A DNA stretch of 64,000 nt from Saccharolobus islandicus REY15A (GTDB taxonomy: Archaea; Thermoproteota; Thermoprotei_A; Sulfolobales; Sulfolobaceae): NCBI RefSeq assembly GCF_000189555.1, contig NC_017276.1; one strand, 5' to 3'. Under the pieces are notes generated by a model. That model saw only the letters and a list, made by a program, of their open reading frames with translations, searched no databases and was not told the origin of the DNA. The position numbers and the translations under genes are program-made. Position 1 is the first letter of the stretch. Each line of letters begins with the position of its first letter. Below, one piece after another: positions 12,169 through 21,323 of this stretch.

Positions 12169-12942
12169 GTGATAAGCTTTATTTTAGTAGCACCTCATGG
12201 AGATGAGATAATTGATCCAAAAGATGAAAAATCATCGTTGTTAAATAAGGCAATGAGGGAAGCTGCAAGTTTAGTTAAGGCTGATAAGTACATCGTAATT
12301 ACTCCCCATAATATAAGAATTGACGATCACATGGCGGTAATATTAACGCAATACGCTGAAGGAAAGCGGGGTAAAATCAAGAGAAAGTACCTTTGTGATA
12401 GGGGATTGGCTTACGAAATATATGAAAGGGCAAAAGGGAGTGGCCTACCGGTGGTTGGTGTTAATTTCGGGGCTTTAGAAGGAAAGGAGTCAAAGATCGC
12501 GCTAGATTGGGGGTCATCGATTCCTCTTTACTTCTTGAAAAGGAGGAGAATTGTATTGTTGACTCCAGCTAGGGGAGTTAAAAGGGAGATATTGAGGAAG
12601 TTTGGAGTAGTAATTGGTGAAGTTTTAAGAGATCATAGAAAAAGGGTTGGAGTAATAGTTAGTGCGGATCACGCTCATACCCACGATCCTAAGGGACCTT
12701 ATGGTTATTCAGAATACGCTGCGGTTTACGATTCCACTATTGTAGATATTTTTGAGAGCGAAAGATTTGAGGATTTGATGAAGATTGATGATAAAGTTAT
12801 TAGTGAGGCGAAGCCAGATAGCTATTGGCAATTGCTCATAATGCTCGGAATTCTTGAGAGTAGTTATAATAAGTATGGCGTTAAGTTGATGGAATATCAA
12901 GTCCCAAGTTATTTTGGGATGATGGTTGCTCTACTCAGTTAA
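12169..12942 (+). CDS. LigB/MEMO1-like (extradiol dioxygenase subunit B fold) protein
   Basis: APHG, ITPH, DWG..IPL, SADHAH, YFGM motifs. Confidence 0.75.
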   Translation: MISFILVAPHGDEIIDPKDEKSSLLNKAMREAASLVKADKYIVITPHNIRIDDHMAVILTQYAEGKRGKIKRKYLCDRGLAYEIYERAKGSGLPVVGVNFGALEGKESKIALDWGSSIPLYFLKRRRIVLLTPARGVKREILRKFGVVIGEVLRDHRKRVGVIVSADHAHTHDPKGPYGYSEYAAVYDSTIVDIFESERFEDLMKIDDKVISEAKPDSYWQLLIMLGILESSYNKYGVKLMEYQVPSYFGMMVALLS

Positions 12943-13336
12943 TTCTTTATGGTTATATAAAAAAATTAAACTATAGAAATATTTCTAATAAAATAGAAAA
13001 TCTTTCCAAATTATAAAATTATTTTTCATAAAATAAAAGTTTTGCCATTAATCTCACTCTGAGGAGCTTTTAAATACCGTTTAGCAGTGTATGTTTTTCT
13101 CCTCTGCTTAAACAATTTCTTTATCCCTTCAGAAGTCTGATAAGTACTTTTTATCAACCTAGCAATTTTCTTGGTACCGAGGTTCAAACCCGTGAAGTAC
13201 TTGAATAAGAGAACAACCAACAAGGTACTTTGTTGATCTCTTCAATTTATTTCATAAACATAATATAATAGAGTAGACTCCTAAATATTGATTAACAAGA
13301 ATAGGGATTATTTTTCTGTAATGAGAAAACTAGCAT

Positions 13337-13753
13337 TCATACGATGGTACTTATAAATCCAGCAAATACACCGTTTAATAAATTATAAGCTATCGTTAAT
13401 CCTAAGTACGTTTGAGGATAAGACACTTGGAAGGCATATGGCAATAAGGAAAATACCAAATAAGATGATGCAGTGATTAACGCTATCTTTCTAACTTGAA
13501 TTAAAGACGACTTTTCAAGAGTTGTTCTCGTAGGGAAGACAAATGCTACTAATATTACCAATATTAAAATCTGCACTATTCCTTCCGCAGGGGAGTGAAT
13601 CATGGCTTCAATTGGTGAAATATCAAAGGTACTTGGAGGATAAAATGCCTTAACTATTAACGATACTATGGCCATAATTATAGTTAGGATAAAAGAATAC
13701 CCAATTGACGTGGCAATATTATAACCTAAAATTCTACTGTTGTGCTCCACCAC
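13337..13753 (-). CDS. Four-TM membrane protein
   Basis: Hydrophobic profile; overlaps the SPFH gene stop. Confidence 0.7.
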   Translation of the reverse strand: MVEHNSRILGYNIATSIGYSFILTIIMAIVSLIVKAFYPPSTFDISPIEAMIHSPAEGIVQILILVILVAFVFPTRTTLEKSSLIQVRKIALITASSYLVFSLLPYAFQVSYPQTYLGLTIAYNLLNGVFAGFISTIV

Positions 13754-14600
13754 TCTGTTGTTGCCCCCTTCTGCCTATACCTACTCTTATTAGGCCATCT
13801 GGTAGATTAACTATTGTTGATAAGTTTGGATAATACGGCACTCCGATTGCCATATTGACTGCTGCTGCGTTCTGCTGCTCAGCTAATATTCTAGCCAAAC
13901 CCATTCGAACTGCATCCATTAATGGTATTCCCATATCCCTTAATTGTATTATTCTTCTCAGCTCTGGATCTTGAGGCAGAAGTCTAGTTATTCTTACAGA
14001 TATTAGGTCTACACCTATTTCTGCTAAGAATTGCTTTAACGCTGCTGTAACTGCAGTAGAAATTTCAGAGAACTTCTTGAAAACATCAGTTAGATTTACA
14101 CGATTAAGTACTGAACTAACTTCTTGATCTACAATTGGTGAAATATAATGAGCTAGATCTGCGTCTTTGAAATATAGGGAACCGAACTGGACATTTGTGA
14201 CTAAGGCTGCAGGGTTTTGAACTCTAAAGTATATTGCGGTCTCATACTCTAAGGGCACTAAATCGTCTGTCTGGCTAACACCCGCTACTCTAACCTCATG
14301 TCTAGTGGTCGAGATGAAATAAACTATAGTATCATATGGTAACGTGTTATACCTAAACTTAGATAGAAAAGCTGAAACCGGATTTCCTGGAGTTTGAATA
14401 TTATGACTACCGGGAGGTAAATCTGCAACAATTTGTCCTTGTATTAAAACTATGGCTCTCTCTGTGGGTTGTACTATTATAAGTGATTTCGAAGTAATTG
14501 CCTCCTTCGGATATTTGAAAATTATAGCATCAGCTGTCATAAAACTTGATCCATCTTCTTTTTCTGTCGAAATAACTTGACCTCTAATGGTTAAAGACAT
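13734..14600 (-). CDS. SPFH/band-7 domain protein
   Basis: SLIIVQPTERAIVLIQGQIVADLPPG N-terminus, YFRVQNP, GVDLISVRI motifs. Confidence 0.8.
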   Translation of the reverse strand: MSLTIRGQVISTEKEDGSSFMTADAIIFKYPKEAITSKSLIIVQPTERAIVLIQGQIVADLPPGSHNIQTPGNPVSAFLSKFRYNTLPYDTIVYFISTTRHEVRVAGVSQTDDLVPLEYETAIYFRVQNPAALVTNVQFGSLYFKDADLAHYISPIVDQEVSSVLNRVNLTDVFKKFSEISTAVTAALKQFLAEIGVDLISVRITRLLPQDPELRRIIQLRDMGIPLMDAVRMGLARILAEQQNAAAVNMAIGVPYYPNLSTIVNLPDGLIRVGIGRRGQQQSGGAQQ

Positions 14601-14643
14601 ATCTTAGAATTATTCTAGTGTTGGTATTTAAATTTTTTCGTAA

Positions 14644-15120
14644 CTATTTTCTAAGTTCTGGAGGATAAAATAATTTCATTCTATCATAAAATACTGCTCT
14701 TAGGTCATTAAGTAATGGTTCGAACTCTTCAATTCTATTATTCTTAGCAAGCTCAACTAATTGTGAAGCAATATCAATCATTTTCATATCATGATTAACT
14801 ATTTGATCCAACTCCTCAGTTGTAACTTTCCACCTGGCGTAAATATCCGCACCTCCACCCTGACTTGACATTATATTGTTTATTAGCTCCCTGATTTTAG
14901 AGATCAAAAACTCCATTACCTTAAGTTGGGGTGAAAATGGATCAGTTGAGGCAATAAAGCTTTCCTTTTCTGAGATTATCCTTATCGTTTGTTCTAATCT
15001 ATCAATAACTGCTCTTCTAACTAGGAAATCGTCTTGTCTAATTAGATCTTTTGCTTTATACCCCCTATAACCTGGTAAAAGTAATTGTAACTGCTCAATG
15101 GGGGTTAACTCTCTTGGCAT
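14644..15120 (-). CDS. Conserved helical hypothetical protein upstream of SPFH gene
   Basis: PGYRGYKAKDLIRQDDFLVR motif; co-oriented with 13734-14600. Confidence 0.7.
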   Translation of the reverse strand: MPRELTPIEQLQLLLPGYRGYKAKDLIRQDDFLVRRAVIDRLEQTIRIISEKESFIASTDPFSPQLKVMEFLISKIRELINNIMSSQGGGADIYARWKVTTEELDQIVNHDMKMIDIASQLVELAKNNRIEEFEPLLNDLRAVFYDRMKLFYPPELRK

Positions 15121-15216
15121 AATTGAATATACGCCTAGGAGATTATAAAATTATTTTATGCTAAATATATTTTAGAACGATAATCATAAAAGAGAGATTT
15201 AACTCATTGTCATTTT

Positions 15217-16341
15217 GTGTTAAGAAATATAATAGTGAGTTGGATTGGTACTTTTCTTCAGTTGTTTTTAAGGTTCAGTTGGGGAGTCATATCATTGCCA
15301 ATAGCCTTACTTTTTCACTTAAACTCCATACAGATTGGGCTAGTTGCCACAGTCTTTTACATAGGTTATGTAGTTTCCTCAATCCCTTGGGGTTTGGTTA
15401 TAGATAGAATAGGCCCAAGTAGTGCTGTGGAGTACGCATCGATTCTCTTAGTAGGAATGAATCTATTACTCTTTCTCTTCCTTACAAGTTACGCTATTCT
15501 ACTCGTAGCCTACCTCATAGAAGGACTAATAACAGCTGCCATATTTCCATCAGCCATGAAAATAGTGGCAGTTAGTTACTCAAACAGCTCAAAGTTCACA
15601 TTTTACGTGGCTTTAGTGGAAAGTGCAGGACCAATAACTATCATCACCTTGGGTATAATAGCAAGTTTTCTGTTGCATTTATGGAGATTTATTTACCTAA
15701 TCATGGCCATAAGTTTCGGGCTAATTGCAATTTTCAGTCATTTCAATAGGATAGATGTCAATAGGACTGAAATCAAGAGGTCGTTTAAGATAATCCTTGA
15801 TAGAAAAATAACAATTGCAACAATAGTTAGATTAGGGGAGCTGTGGTCCACGTGGGGTACAACAACGTGGATTTTCCCAATGCTAGTACTTTATAGAAAC
15901 ATCTCTCCGACTTTATCAGGCATATTTCTTCTTCTTTTCGGAGTTGGTCAGCTAGTAGGGATTTTAAGTGTGGAAAGGTTAGTGGAAAGATTTGGTGATA
16001 GAACCGTTATCTTAATAAATCTGATAGGATTCATCTTACTAACGTTTTCAATAATTTTCTCAAATAACATCGATATATTACCCGAGGCCTTCTTATTGGG
16101 GATTTTCTCGTTCTCATATAGACCTCCAACTGATTCTCTAATAGTGAGAATAGCTGGGCAATCTAGTGCGGGAACTTCAATAGGTTACGCCAACGCCGTA
16201 TCCCAAATCGGGACTATGATCGCTCCATCATTTGTAGGTTTGACACTGTATTTGACCCATAGCTTCTCTATTTCAATGTTAGCCTTGGACGTTGGGTGTA
16301 TAATATCTATCATATCACTTTTATCCTTGAAACATTTATAG
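15217..16341 (+). CDS. MFS transporter
   Basis: About 12 TM segments; GLVIDRIG and LVERFGDR motif-A-like repeats. Confidence 0.85.
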   Translation: MLRNIIVSWIGTFLQLFLRFSWGVISLPIALLFHLNSIQIGLVATVFYIGYVVSSIPWGLVIDRIGPSSAVEYASILLVGMNLLLFLFLTSYAILLVAYLIEGLITAAIFPSAMKIVAVSYSNSSKFTFYVALVESAGPITIITLGIIASFLLHLWRFIYLIMAISFGLIAIFSHFNRIDVNRTEIKRSFKIILDRKITIATIVRLGELWSTWGTTTWIFPMLVLYRNISPTLSGIFLLLFGVGQLVGILSVERLVERFGDRTVILINLIGFILLTFSIIFSNNIDILPEAFLLGIFSFSYRPPTDSLIVRIAGQSSAGTSIGYANAVSQIGTMIAPSFVGLTLYLTHSFSISMLALDVGCIISIISLLSLKHL

Positions 16342-16364
16342 TGGTTTTCATATAATATTAAAAC

Positions 16365-16775
16365 GTGGATTTAGGTAAAATCATAGGTTTAATAGTGTTC
16401 ATTTCAGTACTAATCGTTCAGTTTGCCATCATTAATAACTTCAACGGTTTATTTCAAACAACTTTGAACCAAATCAACTCCACCATACTCATATTATTCA
16501 CTTCGCAACCAAAAATAGGTCTAGTTATTTCCAATAACCAGTTAATCTTAACTTTTAACAATACTCTCAACTTCCCAATAACCTTACTAAACGTAACTGG
16601 GGATTACACTTACTTATCAAAACCGGTAACAATTAACCCTAATGAGGTAAAGAACATTAGTGTGGTTGTGACCAATTTGGAAATGTTCCAGAGGGCTATT
16701 CACGATAATTCATATAACTTGACGATAGTGATGAAGATGTTCAACACAACTTTTTCACAAAGTGAGATGATATGA
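16365..16775 (+). CDS. Membrane-anchored hypothetical protein
   Basis: N-terminal TM, Asn/Thr-rich beta region. Confidence 0.6.
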   Translation: MDLGKIIGLIVFISVLIVQFAIINNFNGLFQTTLNQINSTILILFTSQPKIGLVISNNQLILTFNNTLNFPITLLNVTGDYTYLSKPVTINPNEVKNISVVVTNLEMFQRAIHDNSYNLTIVMKMFNTTFSQSEMI

Positions 16776-17311
16776 TAGTTACAAAAAGAACGTTAATATT
16801 GACTATAAGCATGTTACTAAATGTACTTGTAGCGTTATTACCGGGTTATTGGTGGTATTATTCCGCAGGAGGAATGGTAGTAATTAAGGATAGCCTCTTC
16901 TCATTTTATCTAGAATTTCTAGGTAAAGAGTTGGAAATAGGTATAATAATAAACTATATTTTGTTCGCATTTAGATTTTATGTGATAAGTGTTTCCCTCT
17001 ATTACATTTATCTCGCCTTGAAAAAGGACGTAATCAGCAACTACCTATTAATAACTTGGATAAGCTATCTTTACTTGTTGGACCCTCTTTTATTTTACTT
17101 ATTATTTAATTACGTGGTAGGGTATATTACTCCAACGAAATATCCATTATTTATAATAGGGAGCCAGAACATGACTGTATTTTACAAAAACGTTATGGTA
17201 ACAATTTTAGTTGAAAGTTATCCCACAACTTATTACTGGATCGCCCTTTTTGCAGGTACCTTTAACTTAATTTCAAGAATAATAATTAATAGGCTATCTA
17301 AGCTTTCGTAA
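16772..17311 (+). CDS. Polytopic membrane hypothetical protein
   Basis: Hydrophobic segments; ATGA overlap with previous gene. Confidence 0.6.
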   Translation: MIVTKRTLILTISMLLNVLVALLPGYWWYYSAGGMVVIKDSLFSFYLEFLGKELEIGIIINYILFAFRFYVISVSLYYIYLALKKDVISNYLLITWISYLYLLDPLLFYLLFNYVVGYITPTKYPLFIIGSQNMTVFYKNVMVTILVESYPTTYYWIALFAGTFNLISRIIINRLSKLS

Positions 17312-18031
17312 AATGTAGTCTTGTGCTTTAAGGTAAGTTTTCGTGTATAGAATTTTCCTAAACGGAGAATAATATACTCTTAATTTTATTAAGGAGAGGA
17401 ACATTAGAATTATGACTTTTATTAACTTTTTAGATATCTTACTATCACTCTCATCATGAATATAATTTATTTCAACTTCTTTAACTTTATAATGTCTACG
17501 TTTAAATCCGTAAATTAAGTTAATGTCGAATAAAAAATCGTTAATTATTAACTCGTCTAATATATTTAAAACCTTTTCCCTGTTTACTAGCTTAACACCA
17601 GCTTGGAAGTCCGAAAACTTTGCTAGCGACGGAAAGAGTATCTTCGTAATTATTATAAATGCCTTATGTAGGAACCTCCTCTTTAATGGCATCCCCACAA
17701 TTTTCCTCTTAGGTATGACTAGGTCAGCGTCAGTGCTTAAGATTTTATCTAATTCCTCCTCAGTTATGGGAAAATCGGCATCTAATAACAAAACTCTCTG
17801 GAAATTACTTTCATTAATTCCTCTCTTTAACGCTCCCCCTTTACCAAGTCTGCTCTCACTTTTTAGGAGCTTTACGGGAAATTTCTTAACAACCTCTGGC
17901 GTATTATCATGTCCATCAAATACTACAACTACTTCAGCATTAGGTAGTGTTAATGATATTTTCTCCAACGTCCTACCAATTCTCCTTTCCTCATTAAATG
18001 CCGGTATGATAATCGAAATCAATCTAACCAA
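17294..18031 (-). CDS. GT2 glycosyltransferase (dolichol-phosphate glycosyltransferase-like)
   Basis: IIIPAFNEE, VVFDG, GKGGAL, LDAD motifs. Confidence 0.88.
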   Translation of the reverse strand: MVRLISIIIPAFNEERRIGRTLEKISLTLPNAEVVVVFDGHDNTPEVVKKFPVKLLKSESRLGKGGALKRGINESNFQRVLLLDADFPITEEELDKILSTDADLVIPKRKIVGMPLKRRFLHKAFIIITKILFPSLAKFSDFQAGVKLVNREKVLNILDELIINDFLFDINLIYGFKRRHYKVKEVEINYIHDESDSKISKKLIKVIILMFLSLIKLRVYYSPFRKILYTKTYLKAQDYILRKLR

Positions 18032-18155
18032 CTAATTAGAAGTTAAAAATAAAAGGATTTTGGGCAAAGATCTATAATACTTATATAATGTATTTCCTAA
18101 GTAAAATAGATGGAAATAATTTCATATATTTATATGAATAACCACATCTTCTATT

Positions 18156-18635
18156 CTATATAAATTTGCACGTGATCTTAAACTCCTGCATAACTTCTTC
18201 TACGACTTCATGAAATTCTGAGTTAATTAACTCACATAGGAAAGGCGAATAGCTAAGAACTTCTCCTAGACTTACCACATTCATTTCTAGTAGGGGTTTT
18301 AACGTAACATACCAAGATAGCGCCCTTACGACCTTATTGCTATCTTTTAGCATTTCAAGGAAATGTTCTTTTCTTTTGATAACCTCTTCCAAAGTTAATA
18401 TACCCCTCTCTACGAACTTAGGAACACTATTCCACGCTCTATACCTAGTCCCAGTATCGTGAAATGATAAAAGTTCCAATAGGAATTCCTTGTCCCTTAC
18501 ATTCGAAATAACATAATTCCACGCTTCGTGTTTAATATCCTTATCCTTGTCTGAAAGGAGTCTCCTAATCAAATCTAAGGGTAAGTTTGAGGAATTCCTC
18601 AAAATATTTAGAACCTTTTCCTTATCCATTTCCAA
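18156..18635 (-). CDS. Hypothetical protein with HEAT-like helical repeats
   Basis: Repeated D..IK.EAW / DTGTRYRAW / VVRALSW helices. Confidence 0.6.
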   Translation of the reverse strand: MEMDKEKVLNILRNSSNLPLDLIRRLLSDKDKDIKHEAWNYVISNVRDKEFLLELLSFHDTGTRYRAWNSVPKFVERGILTLEEVIKRKEHFLEMLKDSNKVVRALSWYVTLKPLLEMNVVSLGEVLSYSPFLCELINSEFHEVVEEVMQEFKITCKFI

Positions 18636-18658
18636 TAATCACTTAATTATTGAATCCT

Positions 18659-19840
18659 TTATTTATTACTGAATTTTATTGCCAATAATGCATGGGCTAA
18701 AGCACCTAGTTTCAACACATCCTCATCTACGCAGAACTTAGAGCTATGGTTGGGATATATGCAACCTTTCTTCTCATTTCTAGTTCCTAGGAAGAAATAC
18801 GTACCGGGGGCTTTCTGTAGGAATCTAGAGAAATCCTCAGCTCCTAGAACTGGCTCAGTCTCAACGACTGTGGATATTGAAGATAGAATTTTCATCACCT
18901 CATCAGTTACTTCTGGGTTATTTACTGTAATTGGATAGACGTCCTCCATGAATTTGACCTCACAAGTTGCACCATAAATTCCGCATATTGATGAAACTAT
19001 TCTCCTCATGTAATCCTTAGCCTTACTCCTAACATTCTCGTCTAGACTTCTAATCGTTCCCTGCATTTCAGCGTCATCTGGTATTATATTATCCTTTGTC
19101 CCAGAATGTATCGTAGTTATGGATATGACGAAGGGTTGAACGGGATCGATTTGCCTAGCTGTTATACCGTAAATTGCGTTGGCTATTTGCAAGGATATGA
19201 AAATTGGGTCTATGGTCTCATGAGGAGCAGAACCGTGACCACCCTTTCCGTGAACCACAATCTTAAACGCATCTGGCGTAGCCATTATTGGACCTTTTCT
19301 AGTTGCGAAGACTCCAGATGGATAGCTACTGGATATATGTATACCAAATACGTAATCTACACCATTCATGACTCCAGCCTCGATCATTGGTTTCGCTCCT
19401 CCTAATCCTCCATCCTCCTCTGCGGGCTGAAATATTAACCTAATTTCGCCACTGAGTAAATCTTTATTTTTAACCAAGAGATAAGCTCCACCTAAGAGCA
19501 TTGCTACGTGAGTGTCATGACCACACGCGTGCATTACCCCTTTAACCTTGGACTTGAACTCTACGTCACTAGTCTCCTCTACGGGGAGGGCATCCATATC
19601 CGCTCTTAAGGCAACTGTCTTCCCGGGTTTATTTCCCCTAATCTTACCAACTACTGCAGTGGGCAATCCAACGCCCTCCTCTACTTCTATTCCCAATTTC
19701 CTTAACGTTTCTGCCACTAGTTTAGAGGTGCTATACTCTTTATAGGAAAGTTCAGGATTCTCGTGAATTTTCCTCCTAATTTGAATTATCCAATCGTCTA
19801 TTTCCTTTACGTCGTTCTTCAACTTCTCAACTAAATCCAT
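18659..19840 (-). CDS. cpsA: Thermostable carboxypeptidase, M20D amidohydrolase
   Basis: HENPEL, LRADMDAL, HACGHD, QPAEE, GGH, AEDF motifs. Confidence 0.92.
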   Translation of the reverse strand: MDLVEKLKNDVKEIDDWIIQIRRKIHENPELSYKEYSTSKLVAETLRKLGIEVEEGVGLPTAVVGKIRGNKPGKTVALRADMDALPVEETSDVEFKSKVKGVMHACGHDTHVAMLLGGAYLLVKNKDLLSGEIRLIFQPAEEDGGLGGAKPMIEAGVMNGVDYVFGIHISSSYPSGVFATRKGPIMATPDAFKIVVHGKGGHGSAPHETIDPIFISLQIANAIYGITARQIDPVQPFVISITTIHSGTKDNIIPDDAEMQGTIRSLDENVRSKAKDYMRRIVSSICGIYGATCEVKFMEDVYPITVNNPEVTDEVMKILSSISTVVETEPVLGAEDFSRFLQKAPGTYFFLGTRNEKKGCIYPNHSSKFCVDEDVLKLGALAHALLAIKFSNK

Positions 19841-19906
19841 AAGAGATATAGTGAGCTAAGAATAAAAAGCTAATTCGTTAATAAAAGTTAACCGTAAACC
19901 TTTTCA

Positions 19907-20248
19907 CTTTACAAAAATTGGAGGTTAAGGGGACGGAAAACCTCGCCAGCGGGGATGGATAGCCCCCTTATATTTAAATATTAGTTATTCTAAATTTCTT
20001 TTAGTGATGCTAACGACGCTTCTCCTCAGCTCGATTAAGGGCTTAATGGAACTGTGGGAGGAGCATCTAGTATCTCTGTTTAAGGGACTAGACGTTATGG
20101 ATGAAAGTCCCCTTCTATTCAGATGGGAGTGGATCTCTGATCCACTCGACTGCCCACCAGATGAGAGATGTAAACCCGAATCGATGGTGGGAACGATGAG
20201 CCCTCTGGGAGGGAATCCTCGACCTTTTCAGGGCGGGGAGAAAGTCAG
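19907..20248 (+). mobile_element. 342-bp IS200/IS605-derived non-autonomous element (SMN1-like)
   Basis: Left end CTTTACAAAAATTGGAGG after TTTCA, right end GGAGAAAGTCAG, retains TnpB C-terminal frame (PESMVGTMSPLGGNPRPFQGGEKVS). Confidence 0.8.
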
Positions 20249-20265
20249 CTAGGTGATATATAATA

Positions 20266-21264
20266 ATGAATAAATTATATATCATTATAGTTCCAATAAT
20301 TGTAATAATAGTTGTGGGCGCAATTGGTGGAGCTATTTACCTACACCATCAGTCACCTAATGTCAAAACATTATCGATAACTGTCACCACTAACGAAACC
20401 ACAACTTTAATGAGCATAACAACCAATACCGTACCTACAACAGTAACGCCTACTACATCCTCTATTCCTCAGCTAATCTATGTTACATCCTCTGCTAGTT
20501 CACCAACTCCAGTTTATCTAAATAACTCAACTGTACCGTTATTTTATCTTGAAGTGAACATGTGGAATGCTAAAACTTGGAATGGCAACTATACCATGGT
20601 CTTTAACCCGCTTACTCGTACGCTCTCTGTTAGTTTCAACTTAACTCAAGTTAATCCATTACAGTGGACTAATGGCTATCCAGAAATTTACGTGGGCAGA
20701 AAACCTTGGGATACTTCATATGCAGGTAACATATTCCCAATGAGGATAGGCAATATGACACCGTTTATGGTATCGTTTTACATAAACTTAACTAAGCTAG
20801 ACCCGTCAATAAATTTCGATATTGCGTCTGATGCTTGGATAGTTAGGCCTCAAATAGCATTTAGTCCCGGAACTGCTCCCGGTAATGGGGACATTGAGAT
20901 AATGGTCTGGTTATTTAGTCAGAATTTACAACCTGCTGGACAACAAGTTGGAGAATTAGTAATCCCAATATATATTAATCACACTCTAGTCAACGCCACT
21001 TTCCAAGTGTGGGAGATGAAGAGCGTCCCATGGGGAGGTTGGGAGTACATAGCATTTAGACCAGATGGCTGGAAAGTCACAAATGGTTACGTCGCATATG
21101 AGCCCAACTTGTTCATCAAAGCGTTAAATAATTTCACAAGTTACAACATTACAAACTATTACTTAACGGATTGGGAATTCGGTACGGAATGGGGAACAAT
21201 GACTTCCAATGGTACAGCCTACTTCTCATGGACAATATCGAATTTCTCTGAAACTCTCCTCTAA
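20266..21264 (+). CDS. Extracellular GH12 endoglucanase with signal anchor and Thr/Ser linker (SSO1354-like)
   Basis: N-terminal TM, T/S-rich linker, NGYPEIYVG, EIMVWL, WEFGTE GH12 motifs. Confidence 0.88.
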   Translation: MNKLYIIIVPIIVIIVVGAIGGAIYLHHQSPNVKTLSITVTTNETTTLMSITTNTVPTTVTPTTSSIPQLIYVTSSASSPTPVYLNNSTVPLFYLEVNMWNAKTWNGNYTMVFNPLTRTLSVSFNLTQVNPLQWTNGYPEIYVGRKPWDTSYAGNIFPMRIGNMTPFMVSFYINLTKLDPSINFDIASDAWIVRPQIAFSPGTAPGNGDIEIMVWLFSQNLQPAGQQVGELVIPIYINHTLVNATFQVWEMKSVPWGGWEYIAFRPDGWKVTNGYVAYEPNLFIKALNNFTSYNITNYYLTDWEFGTEWGTMTSNGTAYFSWTISNFSETLL

Positions 21265-21323
21265 TAATTTTTAAACAACGAAAACTCTAAACCTTTTTTA
21301 CCTTATTATTCAAATAACAAGAC

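Noticed and set aside
17523-18035. 170-aa plus-strand ORF and similar shadow ORFs (3638-3874, 29644-30009, 45382-45837, 44267-44762, 53566-54061, 55802-56080, 60895-61182)
   Set aside because: They are antisense to well-supported genes or transposases and show no motifs.
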